DNA of 63,405 bases, the filler included, from Octopus bimaculoides (lineage: Eukaryota): the NCBI RefSeq assembly GCF_001194135.2. It is 8 parts of 7 records of this genome, joined end to end, with 100 filler letters (N's around TTAATTAATTAA, not from the genome) between each part and the next. Parts side by side here need not be neighbours in the genome. Positions count along the whole stretch, not along the records: positions 4,802 to 11,933 come from NC_069002.1; positions 12,034 to 25,169 come from NC_069001.1; 6 more parts are not named here. One strand, written 5' to 3'. The stretch's first letter is position 1. Each line of letters starts with the position of its first letter. This document shows positions 10,748 through 23,800 of the stretch, piece by piece. Below the pieces are notes generated by a model that saw only the letters and a list, made by a program, of their open reading frames with translations, was not told the origin of the DNA and did no database searches. Made by a program: the position numbers and the translations under genes.

Positions 10748-10803
10748 AATATGGCATAACGAATATGGCATAATGAATATGGCATAATGAATATGGCATA
10801 ATG
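10748..10803. repeat. 14-bp minisatellite x4
   Basis: gaatatggcataa(c/t) four times in tandem. Confidence 0.9.
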
Positions 10804-11084
10804 ATGATGTCACTGCTGTAGCTTGCATCGAAAGAAATTATTAATTGGTAGGTGAAGTGGTTGTCTTGTCAACAAATACCAGTTGTGGAGGCTGAAACCA
10901 AAACACTGGTTGGGTCTGGAAGGAGATCCTTAAATAAAGGGAGGCCTAATTTATAATGTAAAATGTATCTGAGCAATAAAAAGTCACAATATACTATTGA
11001 AAAAAAGTCGTTAAATGGAGGATTACTACAGAGAGGGTTTCGCATGCCACAAACAAGTTATTGGTGTGCTATTTTTGGTATGCA

Positions 11085-11370
11085 TGCCAGGGGTTTCTCA
11101 CCTTTGTCCTAGTACTTATTCTATCAGTCCTTTTTGCTGAACTGCTAAGTTATGGGGACATAAGTACATCAAGGCCAGTTGTCAACTGGTGATGGGGGGG
11201 GGGCACTGATACAAAGACACACACATACATATATGCATTTATATACAACAAGCTTCTTTCAGTTTCTGTCTACCAAATCCACTCACAAGGGGCTTGCCTC
11301 AGGTGCCACACAATGGAAGAGAACCCAGAACCATGTGGTAGGGAAGCAAGCTTCTTACCACACAGCCAAC
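11085..11370 (-). mobile_element. SINE family B, internally deleted
   Basis: tacttattctatcagtc...gaactgctaagttatgggg...cttctttcagtttctgtctaccaaatccactcacaagg...cttcttaccacacagcc. Confidence 0.85.
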
Positions 11371-12033
11371 ATAAAGGATATAACCATTTCAAAATATTTA
11401 CATTGTTTCTTTTGTCATATCTGTGGCAGAATAAGTTTAGAAAATAATGCTCTGCTACTTTCTAAATTACAGTAGACTTTATAAGGTATGCGTTATTTTC
11501 TAAACTCATTCTATCACAGATATTACAAAAGAAATAATGCAAATATTTTGAGTTCTATTATTGATGTGAAAATGTTAAGGAAACGGTTGTATGCTTTATG
11601 TTTGAAGTCCATGGGGTCATCTGATGAGAACAGTTTCTTTCAAATGATGTAATGTTTTCTGAAATGGCCATAATGAACTGACATCTGTACGTCTTTGTTA
11701 CTTATATATGTGTGGACGTGTGTCTCCATATGTGTGGACGTGTGTCTCCACCTGTATCCTTGTGTGAAGTGAAGTGTGTGTGTATATGGTCATGTGTTTC
11801 AGTTTTCCATTGCGTATGTGTGTTTATCTGTTCATATTACCTATAAACCTATCTGTCTGTATGTCTATCAGTTTACATTCATATCCATTTGCCTACATAC
11901 ATGTGCATATACATATACATACATCTACATAACNNNNNNNNNNNNNNNNNNNNNNNNNNNNNNNNNNNNNNNNNNNNTTAATTAATTAANNNNNNNNNNN
12001 NNNNNNNNNNNNNNNNNNNNNNNNNNNNNNNNN

Positions 12034-12066
<33 letters not shown>

Positions 12067-12347
12067 ATCCTTCTCTCTCTCTCTCTCCTTCTCTCTCTCT
12101 ATATGTGTGTGTGAGTGTGTGTATAAATGTGTTTGTGTGTGTGTAAGTCATTGTGTCTGTGTTTGTTTCCGTCTACCGTTTGACGACAGATGTTTGTGTG
12201 TTTACGTCCCGTAACTTTACGGGGTCGATTCGTTCGACTAAAATTCTTCGAGGCAGTGCCCCATCATGGCCGCAATCTAAGCGATAAAACGCATATATAT
12301 ATGCACACATACATACATATATATACACACATGTACATATTTTACAA

Positions 12348-12383
<36 letters not shown>

Positions 12384-13394
12384 GTATATATATATGCAGG
12401 GTCAATAACATGTTTATAATGCTAGTTAGACGTATATATAGCATTTACTTTTAGGTAATATCTCAAAGCTTCGTATGCGTTAATCAAAATATTAATTATA
12501 ATTAAACAATAATAGCTTCAAGTCTGGAGACATAAATAGACAATTACCATTCTAGAGATGTCTTGTGGGTTACCATAACCAAGGTGGTTTCGAATAAAAT
12601 TGACAACCACCACTAATATGAAAACACTACAGCTGCGAATTCCGTTACAATGTCCACAAGAAAAGACAGCAGACATGTTGAATATTAATTGAATATTAAT
12701 TAGCTTAAGAATAAATACGTTTATACAGAGTATTATATATATTGCAATTCATATAAATGTATGTGTTTATATGTAGTAATATTAATAAATGTTTATGCTC
12801 CTATTTACGCACATATAATTTATGCTCATATAATAAGGTCTTACTCGGTCTCGGGTGGACAGCCATCATGTGTCTGTGTGCTTAAAAAATATAGATACAA
12901 AATTTATATCCGTTCGTCGCCTTTTCTCTCTCCATCTTCTTACTTCTCTCTTTATACGCTCCTTAATTCCTGTTGCAGTAATAGATGGAATCTCCCTTGA
13001 GTCTCTCTAAAAGTAGTTAAAGGTGTCAGAATTTATATCCTGTTGGTGATACGATTAATACTAATGAATTAGACACTTGGTGATTACATACATATATTCT
13101 CGTGCATATAGATGCATAAATGTATATATATTTTTTCATAAATACATATACATACATATATACAATCTATTCATACACGCTAAGTGTTTATCTAGCAGAA
13201 ATATAATTAACAGGGAAGATGAATTAATCCATTTTATTACATAATTTACAATTGTTTCATAGATATTTTACCAGCAATAATCTTATAAATTATCGATGAT
13301 ACACTTACAAAATTATGTAATAAACGAAATGCTCGCTCCATTCTCTCTGTTGTTTCAGATATATCATCAGTAAAACTAACTATTTCTGTTTTAT

Positions 13395-13760
13395 GCTTCC
13401 CTATCACTGGCGGTTCCGTGTGACCCCCACCTCTGCATCAGCAAAGGTGACGTTGAGCCCCTGGAGATTTTCCCCTAATCACGGCCAGCCGTTTGGTGCG
13501 GGACCTGCAACGAAGCCTCTTCCAGCCCACAGCGTCGAATGAGAGAAAAACCCTGGTCGGATGATCTAGTGGGAGGCGGTGTACATGTCCGCACCAGCGC
13601 ATGTGACGGATAGCTATGAGGGGGGAAGGTGCAGGCTGATGCGTGCGCTCACGCACTTCTTTGTTCGAGACATGATGTTACTATCTGATGTTCTCGATGG
13701 TTCTCAGGTTTCTCCTATCAAAACCGTCGATACTCTTTGCCAGGGTCTTCGAATGGGGAG
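13395..13760 (-). mobile_element. RTE-like LINE ORF2 C-terminal relic
   Basis: Reads SKTLAKSIDGFDRRNLRTIENIR**HHVSNKEVRERTHQPAPSPLIAIRHMRWCGHVHRLPLDHPTRVFLSFDAVGWKRLRCRSRTKRLAVIR, then LNVTFADAE. This is the typical post-RT RWxGHV / GRPR..W region. Confidence 0.85.
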
Positions 13761-13797
13761 CATGTCTCTGCTCTCTATCTCTATCTTTCTCTCTATA

Positions 13798-13848
<51 letters not shown>

Positions 13849-13974
13849 NNNNNNNNNNNNNNNNNNNNNNNNNNNNNNNNNNNNNNNNNNNNNNNNNNNN
13901 NNNNNNNNNNNNNNNNNNNNNNNNNNNNNNNNNNNNNNNNNNNNNNNNNNNNNNNNNNNNNNNNNATATATATG

Positions 13975-14250
13975 GTGAAGGCACGTGGCCTGGTGGTTAA
14001 GGTGTTGCATGCACGATCGCTAGATCGTGGGATTCGATTTCAGGAGCAAGCGACGCGTTCTGTTGAGAAAACACTTCATTTCACGTAGCTCCAGTTCGCT
14101 CACCTGTAAATGGGTCACTCTGTGAAAGATTAGACTTCCGACCAGGGGAAATATTGACCTGTTCACTTAGCCAGCGGGATGGTAGCATACCAAAACTAAA
14201 ACAGTATGAAACGGATAGTGACTAGCGATGTATAACATCCAATAGTCTGG
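13975..14250 (+). mobile_element. tRNA-derived CORE-like SINE (family C head, different tail)
   Basis: ggcacgtggcctggtggttaaggtgttg...gggattcgattt...cacttcatttcacgtagctccagttc...tgtaaatggg. Confidence 0.75.
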
Positions 14251-14311
14251 TGTATATATATATATATCTATATAATATATATAGTTCTATATTCATATTT
14301 TTTCTGTATGT

Positions 14312-14351
<40 letters not shown>

Positions 14352-15555
14352 GTAATCTATATACTGTTGTGTGTATGAATACTTAAAATTATGACTTTGT
14401 GTGTTGTATGTATGTATGTGTGCGCGCGCGTGCGTATTTCTAAATAACTAATAGTTATTAATATAGGTCAGTGAACTCACCTTGCTATCATCTATCAAGT
14501 TTGGAGAGAGAAGGGAAGTTCTACAACAGGGAGGGATCACACACACGGACACACGCACACTCACACACTAGCATAGACACAGACATAAGCTCACACATAT
14601 AGATACGCAGACAAGGAAAGAATTTATTTTCAGAAATAGGAAAGGATAATTAAACACACATACATATGAATATATATGTAAATATATGCATACATATATN
14701 NNNNNNNNNNNNNNNNNNNNNNNNNNNNNNNNNNNNNNNNNNNNNNNNNNNNNNNNNNNNNNNNNNNNNNNNNNNNNNNNNNNNNNNNNNNNNNNNNNNN
14801 NNNNNNNNNNNNNNNNNNNNNNNNNNNNNNNNNNNNNNNNNNNNNNNNNNNNNNNNNNNNNNNNNNNNNNNNNNNNNNNNNNNNNNNNNNNNNNNNNNNN
14901 NNNNNNNNNNNNNNNNNNNNNNNNNNNNNNNNNNNNNNNNNNNNNNNNNNNNNNNNNNNNNNNNNNNNNNNNNNNNNNNNNNNNNNNNNNNNNNNNNNNN
15001 NNNNNNNNNNNNNNNNNNNNNNNNNNNNNNNNNNNNNNNNNNNNNNNNNNNNNNNNNNNNNNNNNNNNNNNNNNNNNNNNNNNNNNNNNNNNNNNNNNNN
15101 NNNNNNNNNNNNNNNNNNNNNNNNNNNNNNNNNNNNNNNNNNNNNNNNNNNNNNNNNNNNNNNNNNNNNNNNNNNNNNNNNNNNNNNNNNNNNNNNNNNN
15201 NNNNNNNNNNNNNNNNNNNNNNNNNNNNNNNNNNNNNNNNNNNNNNNNNNNNNNNNNNNNNNNNNNNNNNNNNNNNNNNNNNNNNNNNNNNNNNNNNNNN
15301 NNNNNNNNNNNNNNNNNNNNNNNNNNNNNNNNNNNNNNNNNNNNNNNNNNNNNNNNNNNNNNNNNNNNNNNNNNNNNNNNNNNNNNNNNNNNNNNNNNNN
15401 NNNNNNNNNNNNNNNNNNNNNNNNNNNNNNNNNNNNNNNNNNNNNNNNNNNNNNNNNNNNNNNNNNNNNNNNNNNNNNNNNNNNNNNNNNNNNNNNNNNN
15501 NNNNNNNNNNNNNNNNNNNNNNNNNNNNNNNNNNNNNNNNNNNNNNNNNNNNNNN

Positions 15556-15589
<34 letters not shown>

Positions 15590-15592
<3 letters not shown>

Positions 15593-15775
15593 TACCTGTA
15601 TTTAAAAGAGCCGGCGTTGTCACATTTTGCATCACGCTGATTCTCTATGAGAACTACATTAAGATATTGCGTGCCTGTGGAATATTCAGCTACTTACATA
15701 TTAATTTCACGAGCAAACTGATCTGTTAATCGGATCAACTGGAACCCACATCACTGTGACCGACGGAGCACCAGA
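15590..15775 (+). mobile_element. SINE family C tail fragment
   Basis: ...attaatttcacgagcaaactg...aatcggatcaactggaacc... aligns with 39250-39330. Confidence 0.7.
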
Positions 15776-16356
15776 AGAATGTGTGGCAATCTGTGTGTGT
15801 GTGTGTGTGTTTACATCAACGTGGAGGAAGTTATCGATATATTTGGCCAGAAACACCCTGTAGTAAAACTTTGGAATCTTGTCGTTAGAAAATACACTCA
15901 CCGTTCCTAGTTGCCCTAAACTAACATCCCATTTGATCGTTGTGTGTTTCACACGAATAAGGAAGCCTTTACGGCTGTCGCTTGGACTGCGAGAAATAGC
16001 AACCAAAGCTATGCATGCATGTACATATATAAGAATTTGGTCGTAAAAGGAAAGACAAAGCCACGAACTTCATAAGAACTCATTACTAAAATGCAGATTA
16101 ATTAAATTTTTAATTAATTATACTGACAAGCGTATGACTGTGTTGTCCCCTGAAGGAACCGTTTTGAGTTTGATCGGAGTTGGATCGAAATAAACATATT
16201 CTTGTTAGCGGAATTAATTAAAATCTACCCATCCCTCTATCTATCTATCTATCTATCTGTCTGTCTGTCATTTTTTAAATATTTATATGCATCTTCATTT
16301 GATCGCACTTCCACTCCCTATTTCTTCTCATTTCCCGTTTGATAACAATAATTTAA

Positions 16357-16397
<41 letters not shown>

Positions 16398-16800
16398 CAC
16401 ATACGTTATACACATATATACATATACATATACATATATGTATATCTATATATATATATATCTATATCTATACACACACACACACATATACCTTGTATGT
16501 ACTGCTAGATGTACGACTCCTCCTGTATGAGCTTCTTGTAGATTACCGTTCTCCAGTCAGCTTCCAGTACAGTTGTTAGTTCTTCCCCTGTACTTGGCAG
16601 TGTCACTGGTTTGGTTATGCTATGCAGAGTACATGGAGCGGAATATTTGGATAAACACAAGAATAGATGATTAGTTCCTACGGAAATTTCCCTGTTGCAA
16701 TTATTTGGATGTTCCAAGTGCATTTGGATGCCTAACTGCAATGGTGAAACGTACGTAGGGAGTAATAATCTATACCAGTGATTATCTTAATTTTCCTCTG

Positions 16801-16890
<90 letters not shown>

Positions 16891-16977
16891 TAAATTGTAA
16901 GATAAGTAGACAGGGGGAGAGAGTTAGATAGATAGAGAGGGGAGGGACACTTTGATAGACAGAGAGATAGGGACACT

Positions 16978-17042
<65 letters not shown>

Positions 17043-17404
17043 TGTGTGTGTAAAGCTGTAGGAGAGTTGGCTGCTATTTCTTGCAGATCATGTGTACTCA
17101 GAGACGTTTTCTCGTTATACGTTACTGATGTTGCTGCTAGCGTCATTGTTGTTCTTGTTGTCGTTGTTGTTCAACCACGAAGCTTGAAATATCCAACTTC
17201 AAATAATGAAGAAAACAAAAGCTCTCAAAGTAAATGTGATATGATAAAGATTTGAATACTCTTGTTGTAGTTGTGGTTGCTACAGCTGTTCCAATTATGG
17301 TTGCCACTATTAATGTCAATACGGTTGTTGATATTGTAGCAGTTATACGTGTTGTTGTTGCTGTTACTGCAATTGTCGTTGGTGTTATCTTTAACCTTTT
17401 CTTT

Positions 17405-17605
17405 CGTCCTTTACTTGTTTCAGTTACCAGACTGTGGCCATGCTGGGGCACCGCGTTAAAGAATTTACTTAGTCGAACGAATCGACCGCAGTACTTCTTT
17501 TTAAACCTAGTGCTTTTTCTAAACGCTAAGTTACGGGGACATAAACGAACGAATGCCAGTTGTCAAGACGTTACGAGGGACAAACAGACAGACAGACACA
17601 CATAC

Positions 17606-17640
<35 letters not shown>

Positions 17641-17805
17641 TATACATATATAAGACGTGCTTCTTTCAGTTTCTATCAATCAAATCCTCTCACAGGGCTT
17701 TGATCGGCCCGAGGCTATAGCAGAAAACACTTTCCCACTGCGTGGCAGTGGGACTGAACCTGGAATCATGTTGTTGGGAAGCAAACTTCTTACCACATAG
17801 CGACG
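17405..17805 (-). mobile_element. SINE family B, near full length
   Basis: gactgtggccatgctggggcaccg...; internal (TA)(CA) tract; cttcttaccacatagc head end. Confidence 0.9.
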
Positions 17806-17849
17806 GCTATTTCTTCTTCTTCTTCTTCTTCTTCTTCTTGTATATACAT

Positions 17850-18036
17850 TGGAAGTGGCTATTTGGCAGAATCGTTAAAACGTCGAGCAAAATGTCATAA
17901 GGTATTCCTTCCGGATCTTTACGTTCTAGTTTCAAATTCCACCGAGAGCAACTTTCCCTTTCATCCTTATGGCCCTATGGCCTGGTGCCTATGTTAGATA
18001 TTATTACTGACATCATCATCATCATTATCAACATTA

Positions 18037-18076
<40 letters not shown>

Positions 18077-18220
18077 GAGTTCAAATTTCGCCGTTGTTGA
18101 CTTTGCCTTTCATCCTTTCGGGGGTCGACAAATTAAGTACCAGTGAAACACTGGGGTTGATATGATTGACTATCTCCCTCCCTCAAATTTCAGGTCTTGT
18201 GCCTATTGTAGAAAGGATTA
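17850..18220 (+). mobile_element. Two SINE family A fragments separated by (CAT/TAT)n
   Basis: 17850-17970 is a head fragment; 18077-18220 is body and tail. Confidence 0.75.
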
Positions 18221-19044
18221 TTATCATTATTCTTATTTTCTATGCATGGAAATTTCTGGAAAACCAAGAAATTCTTTTTTTTCTTTTTTTTTTTTTTTTG
18301 AAATTCTATATTTTATCTAAAATGTTTGATTCCTGAGATGATGTGAAGTCCACAGAGATGGTTCTGAAGGTACAGCCTTAGGACAGAACATCATGTAAAA
18401 CTATCTTTTTGGTTATACATTTGTTACCTATGTTCTCATAAGAACTATTACCTATTACTTTTATCTCTCTGTCACGAAATCAACACACTCTAGGAAGAGA
18501 CAGATACATTATCTCTTTCCACAGAAAGTGTCATGAGTGAATATTGGTTCATTTCCATAGTGAAAGTATTATTAAGATTCTTCATAAATTTGCTGAAAGG
18601 CTAATGTATATAATAAACACTTTAAAAAATGAACGATTCTTCACATATTTATTCTTAACACGTCGTAAAAGAGAAGCTATTCTCCTAAGACGTACACAAC
18701 AGCGATCAACGTATTTTGTGTCTGAATCTGTCGAGGCATGTTAAGAATAAAAATACAAATAAATCCTACCAGATCTCTCAGTACACGGAACAAATAACGA
18801 TTTTTACTTTAAAGAATCTTTAACTATGGAAGCACTCGATCACACAATCTATCTCTTACATTATTCTACTAGGAATGACTACCCAGTTAGCGTTTTAACA
18901 AATTTTAACTCGTTATACAACATCGTTATCAAGGAAAAGTGTTTTAGGGTGGATCAAAGTCGCAGTGAATTAACCACGATAGCTGTCCCATAGAGGTGTA
19001 GATTTTGAAATAAATTATGTTATATGTATGTGTGCGCGCATGTA

Positions 19045-19133
<89 letters not shown>

Positions 19134-19155
19134 CACACCCCATCAGACAGTACAG

Positions 19156-19213
<58 letters not shown>

Positions 19214-20304
19214 AACATATATATATACAAACACCACACCCCCATCAGACAGAGTGTGTGTGAATGTGTGTCTGCGCGCGTAAAAAAAAAAACAGAGAAC
19301 GTAATTGATGTTTCCAGCTTTATATAACAGGTGTTTCAGTAAGTCGATTGTCATTATTACACTTGGCAATTAGATACCTGTTGTAATCCATTCAGTACAC
19401 CTCCTCAGAGTTTGCTGCGAAAAATACAAAGCTAAGTGGGATGCTTACCCCAGTATATTTCATTTATGCAAATTACATTAAATATGATAGGCATGGCAGA
19501 ATATAACACTTAATTTCAGCTATCTATTTTCTTTTCGGTTCCATTACAATTAACATAAATAATTAAAATCTTCTGTATATATTATGTCCTCGATTTTATT
19601 CCATAGTTTGTCAGAAAATTGCCATCAGATTAAATGCATCTTTAACAGATTTTATCTTCAATTTCGTTCCATAGTTTATCGGCCAATCGTCTTGGGGCTA
19701 AATGTTATATCAATAATGGAGTTAATCTTCGATTTCTATCCATAAGTGAAGTTACATGCGTAGACCGTAATGTAGTAATGTTATTAGATATTATTAAATT
19801 AATAATCGAATAATATAATTATTGAGTGACTAATTAAGAGAGTCGGTAGAGCGTCGGAAACAATGTTTTTCGATGTTCGTCTCGGCTCTCTGCATTGAGT
19901 TCAAATCGTGTCAAAATCGGGGTCGATAAATTAAGTACCAGTTATGTACGAGGAAAGATTCCCCTCTCTTAAAAATAAACCGTAGTCAGATTCGGAGATC
20001 GGTGCTTCCCTCCAGCTCTAAAAATGCTCAACATTCTCTATATGTCACAACAGTGGTCCCTATGGCATCTTCATGCGTTGACGTCCAAGGAGATAACAAA
20101 TTATGTCTTCGATGTCGTTCCATAGTTAAGATAATATTTGTCTAAAATGTTACACGATTTTGCTATAATTTTGTCTGGTGAGGGTCATTATACCAATAAT
20201 AAACACACGCACTGGTTCTATTTCACATCTTCACTATCGATTTGGAGCTGGACCAAATGTCTTTAGATGTTTTGTTATATATTTATTATATTATCGATTT
20301 GGTA

Positions 20305-20507
20305 TAAGGCGGCGAGGAGGCAGAATCGGACAAAAATGCTTAGAGGCATTTCGTTCGTCTTTACGTTCTGGGTTCAAATTCCACCGAGGTCGACTTTGCC
20401 TTTCATCCTATCGGGGTCGATAAAATAATCTAGTCGTGTACGGTGGTCGATGTAATAGACTAGCCCCCTATCCATTTTCAGGTTTTGTGCCTGTAGTAGA
20501 AAGGGTT
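20305..20507 (+). mobile_element. SINE family A with 14-bp target-site duplication
   Basis: ttatcgatttggta at 20291-20304 and 20508-20521 flanks the element. Confidence 0.9.
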
Positions 20508-20972
20508 TTATCGATTTGGTACCGGACCAAAAAATGTGTTGAGGTGTTTAGTTACAGTAACGTTGACGTTCTCAGTTCGATTGACAACAAACTTTGTTCT
20601 TCTTTCTTTCGTAGTCGTTAAAAATAAACTACCAGTTACATACTGGGGAAAAGGTCTGTGTAAATCTATTCTACCCTCACTACCCCTTCCAACCTGTATA
20701 AATTTTGCTCATGTGACAATTAAAGAAATTATTCCTGGATAATTATGTTGTTCTTAAATCATTGCTGTTGCTATTGATGTGATTATCGTTGCTATTGCTG
20801 CAGATGTTGCTAATGGTGCTGTTGGCGTTGTTGTTCTTGTTGCTGTGGTTGTTGTTGATATTGCTGTTGTTGCGATTGTTGTGCTGTTGCTGCTGCTTAA
20901 CCCATGGTCCGTCATGATGAAGCAACGATGTGCCCACCACAACCATCCCATATTTATTGCGATGCCGAGAAC

Positions 20973-21620
20973 TACGAGAGGGTACCCAAAAGTAACTCGA
21001 AACGTTCTCTATAAGCTGAAACGAAGGAACAGCGTGCTTCCGTGAAATTCTCTTTTCTGCTGGTAAAAAAAAAATGGCTGCTGAAACAATTACCATACCT
21101 CAAACAGCTTACTAGGACGCCACCATGAGCAAAGCACAAGTTTATGAGTGGCTTTCACGCTTTAGGAATGGTCACTTGTTGCTTGAAGACCAACCTCTTT
21201 CAGGACGACCGTCAACCTCTTGAAGGAATGAAAACATTATGAAAATTCATGAATTGATCTTGGAGAACCATCACCGAACAATTAACGAACTTGCTGATAT
21301 GACTGGTGTGTCCTGGAGCCCCTGACAACGAATTTTGAGCGAGGAATTGCGAATGAATAGAGTTGCAGCAAAACCTGTGCCTCGTTTGCTCACGGAAGAT
21401 CAAAAGTAGTCACGACTGAATGCATGCCGTGAGCTTAAAGAACTGTTGGAAGTTGATCCGGACCTTTTTCCGAAGGTCATCACTGGTGACGAAAGCTGGT
21501 GCCACGGAATGTGAAGATGTGGAAGAGGTGAAGAAAAAAACCAATGGAGGCGTTAAAAGGCATCACTTCGCAAGAGTTCCATGACTGTTTCGAAAAGTGG
21601 AAACGCGTCTGGACTGATGC
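20973..21620 (+). mobile_element. Internally deleted mariner transposon (irritans-like)
   Basis: Candidate left end ta-cgagagggtacccaaaagtaac. Translation: KEQRASVKFSFLL; MSKAQVYEWLSRFRNGHLLLEDQPLSGRPSTS; RVAAKPVPRLLTEDQK*SRLNACRELKE...DPDLFPKVITGDESWC (WVPxxL-like and first catalytic D motifs). It then jumps to the C-terminus, EDVEEVKKK / MEALKGITSQEF..CFEKWK. The right TIR was not found. Confidence 0.9.
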
Positions 21621-22084
21621 GCCCACCCTCCGCAAAATTTCAGACCTTGAGTCTATATTAGAAAGGATTATTTAGCCCTCGGTCACAGAATATTGCTGTT
21701 GTCACAGGAATATCGATGGCGGATGCTATTATGATAAAAAAAAAACTCTAAAAGTATACAAAGAGGTGGGGTGAGAATATGAGCGAATAAGGGTGAGGAG
21801 AATAAGAGTGAAGCGGGGTGGTGGTGGTGAAATAAATGGTGGCTGTGTGAATGAATGTTCAATTTTAAGAAAATCAAATGTTAAGATATTTTTCAAAAAG
21901 AAGAATCGTAGATTAAGGTGAGTGGGTGCTGAGGGTACTGGGGTGCCAGTGTACCCAAGTCCCGGGTGTTGAGAAACTTCGGAGACCGTGAAGTGAACAA
22001 AAGATTATCCAATGGAGCTGAAGTATTTGATCACTTGTACCCTTCCCACCTCAGTGGAGTAGAAGCAGATCTGTCTTGAATGAA

Positions 22085-22204
22085 GTGGAGTGGAGTGGAG
22101 TGGAGTGGAGTGGAGTGGAGTGGAGATGGGTCTATCTTGAGAGCCAGAAGAAATGCCGCTAGCCATTTTGTATGACGTGCCAACAATTCTATCAGCTCAC
22201 TGGC

Positions 22205-22265
<61 letters not shown>

Positions 22266-22333
22266 NNNNNNNNNNAGAAGAAGAAGAAGAAGAAGAAGAA
22301 GAAGAAGAAGAAGAAGAAGAAGAAGAAGAAGAA
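22085..22333. repeat. Simple repeat cluster: (GGAGT)n, (AAT)n, (AGA)n
   Basis: Read directly from the sequence. Confidence 0.95.
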
Positions 22334-22408
22334 GACGACGACGACGACTACTTCCATTTTTTTTAATTTGTCACTTTAGATTCCACGAACGTAGTGCTGT
22401 TATTGCTG

Positions 22409-22460
<52 letters not shown>

Positions 22461-23585
22461 NNNNNNNNNNNNNNNNNNNNNNNNNNNNNNNNNNNNNNNN
22501 NNNNNNNNNNNNNNNNNNNNNNNNNNNNNNNNNNNNNNNNNNNNNNNNNNNNNNNNNNNNNNNNNNNNNNNNNNNNNNNNNNNNNNNNNNNNNNNNNNNN
22601 NNNNNNNNNNNNNNNNNNNNNNNNNNNNNNNNNNNNNNNNNNNNNNNNNNNNNNNNNNNNNNNNNNNNNNNNNNNNNNNNNNNNNNNNNNNNNNNNNNNN
22701 NNNNNNNNNNNNNNNNNNNNNNNNNNNNNNNNNNNNNNNNNNNNNNNNNNNNNNNNNNNNNNNNNNNNNNNNNNNNNNNNNNNNNNNNNNNNNNNNNNNN
22801 NNNNNNNNNNNNNNNNNNNNNNNNNNNNNNNNNNNNNNNNNNNNNNNNNNNNNNNNNNNNNNNNNNNNNNNNNNNNNNNNNNNNNNNNNNNNNNNNNNNN
22901 NNNNNNNNNNNNNNNNNNNNNNNNNNNNNNNNNATATATATATAAAGAGAGAGAAATATTAATCAGTTGAAATTTACGAAAGTGACTCAAAGACCGAGAG
23001 TTTCATGCATGACACGTATTAATTTGGCAAACGTCAGATACGAAACTCTCAGTCTTCTAATCACTTTTGTAAGTTTCTGCTAATTAAAATGTGTGTGTGT
23101 ATACCTGTGTGTATATGTATGTATACGCCCCCCCCCCACACACACACACACACAAATGGTNNNNNNNNNNGTGTATATGTATGTATACGCCCCCCCCCCA
23201 CACACACACACACACAAATGGTAACAGGAAAATAATAAGCAATATAACGATTTCTTTCTGAATGTTGACATTTTCGAAGATAACATCTGCCAGACGACAT
23301 TTACTTCCATTAAGGCGCATGCTCAAAATCACCGGGGATTCACATATACATATATTCATACATACACACACACATATATATGTATATACATAGGTTCACA
23401 TACACACGCGCACTCCTAATTTCCTACCCAATTAATTAAAAAGATTAAGTCTTTGACTGTCACCCTAACCCTTAACCACGACCGCTAAGTATGCAACGGC
23501 AAAGAATTTTGTCTGATTATAATTTTTTTTATTGGTCTGTTAGGTTCTAATATCTAAATTAATAAAGAATATTAATCATCATCAT

Positions 23586-23800
23586 TAAGGCGGCGAGCTG
23601 GCAGAATCGCGAGCGCGTCGAACAAAATGCTTAGCGGAATTTCGGCCGTCTTTACGTTCTGAGTTCAAATTCCGCCGAGGTTGACTTTGCCATTCATCTT
23701 TTCGAGGTCGATAAATTAAGTACCAGTGAAACACTGGGGTCGATGTAATCGATTTATGCTCTCCCCAAAAATTTCAGGCCTTGTGCCTATGGTAGAAAAT
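23586..23800 (+). mobile_element. SINE family A, full length
   Basis: taaggcggcgagctggcagaatcg...ccttgtgcctatggtagaaaat followed by (ATT)n. Confidence 0.9.

Noticed and set aside
11615-11690. C/D-box snoRNA or hammerhead-like motif (ctgatga...ctga)
   Set aside because: No terminal stem, non-canonical box C, and no GAAA strand after a stem II.
16505-16741. 78-aa minus-strand ORF with plausible composition
   Set aside because: No recognisable motif and only a mediocre splice context; an ORF of this length is expected by chance.
19588-19746. CRISPR-like repeat-spacer pattern
   Set aside because: Only three degenerate cores, the spacers are mutually similar, there are no cas genes and the context is eukaryotic.
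23109-23222. 52-bp direct repeat flanking a 10-N gap
   Set aside because: An exact duplicate on either side of a minimal gap indicates an unmerged contig overlap.
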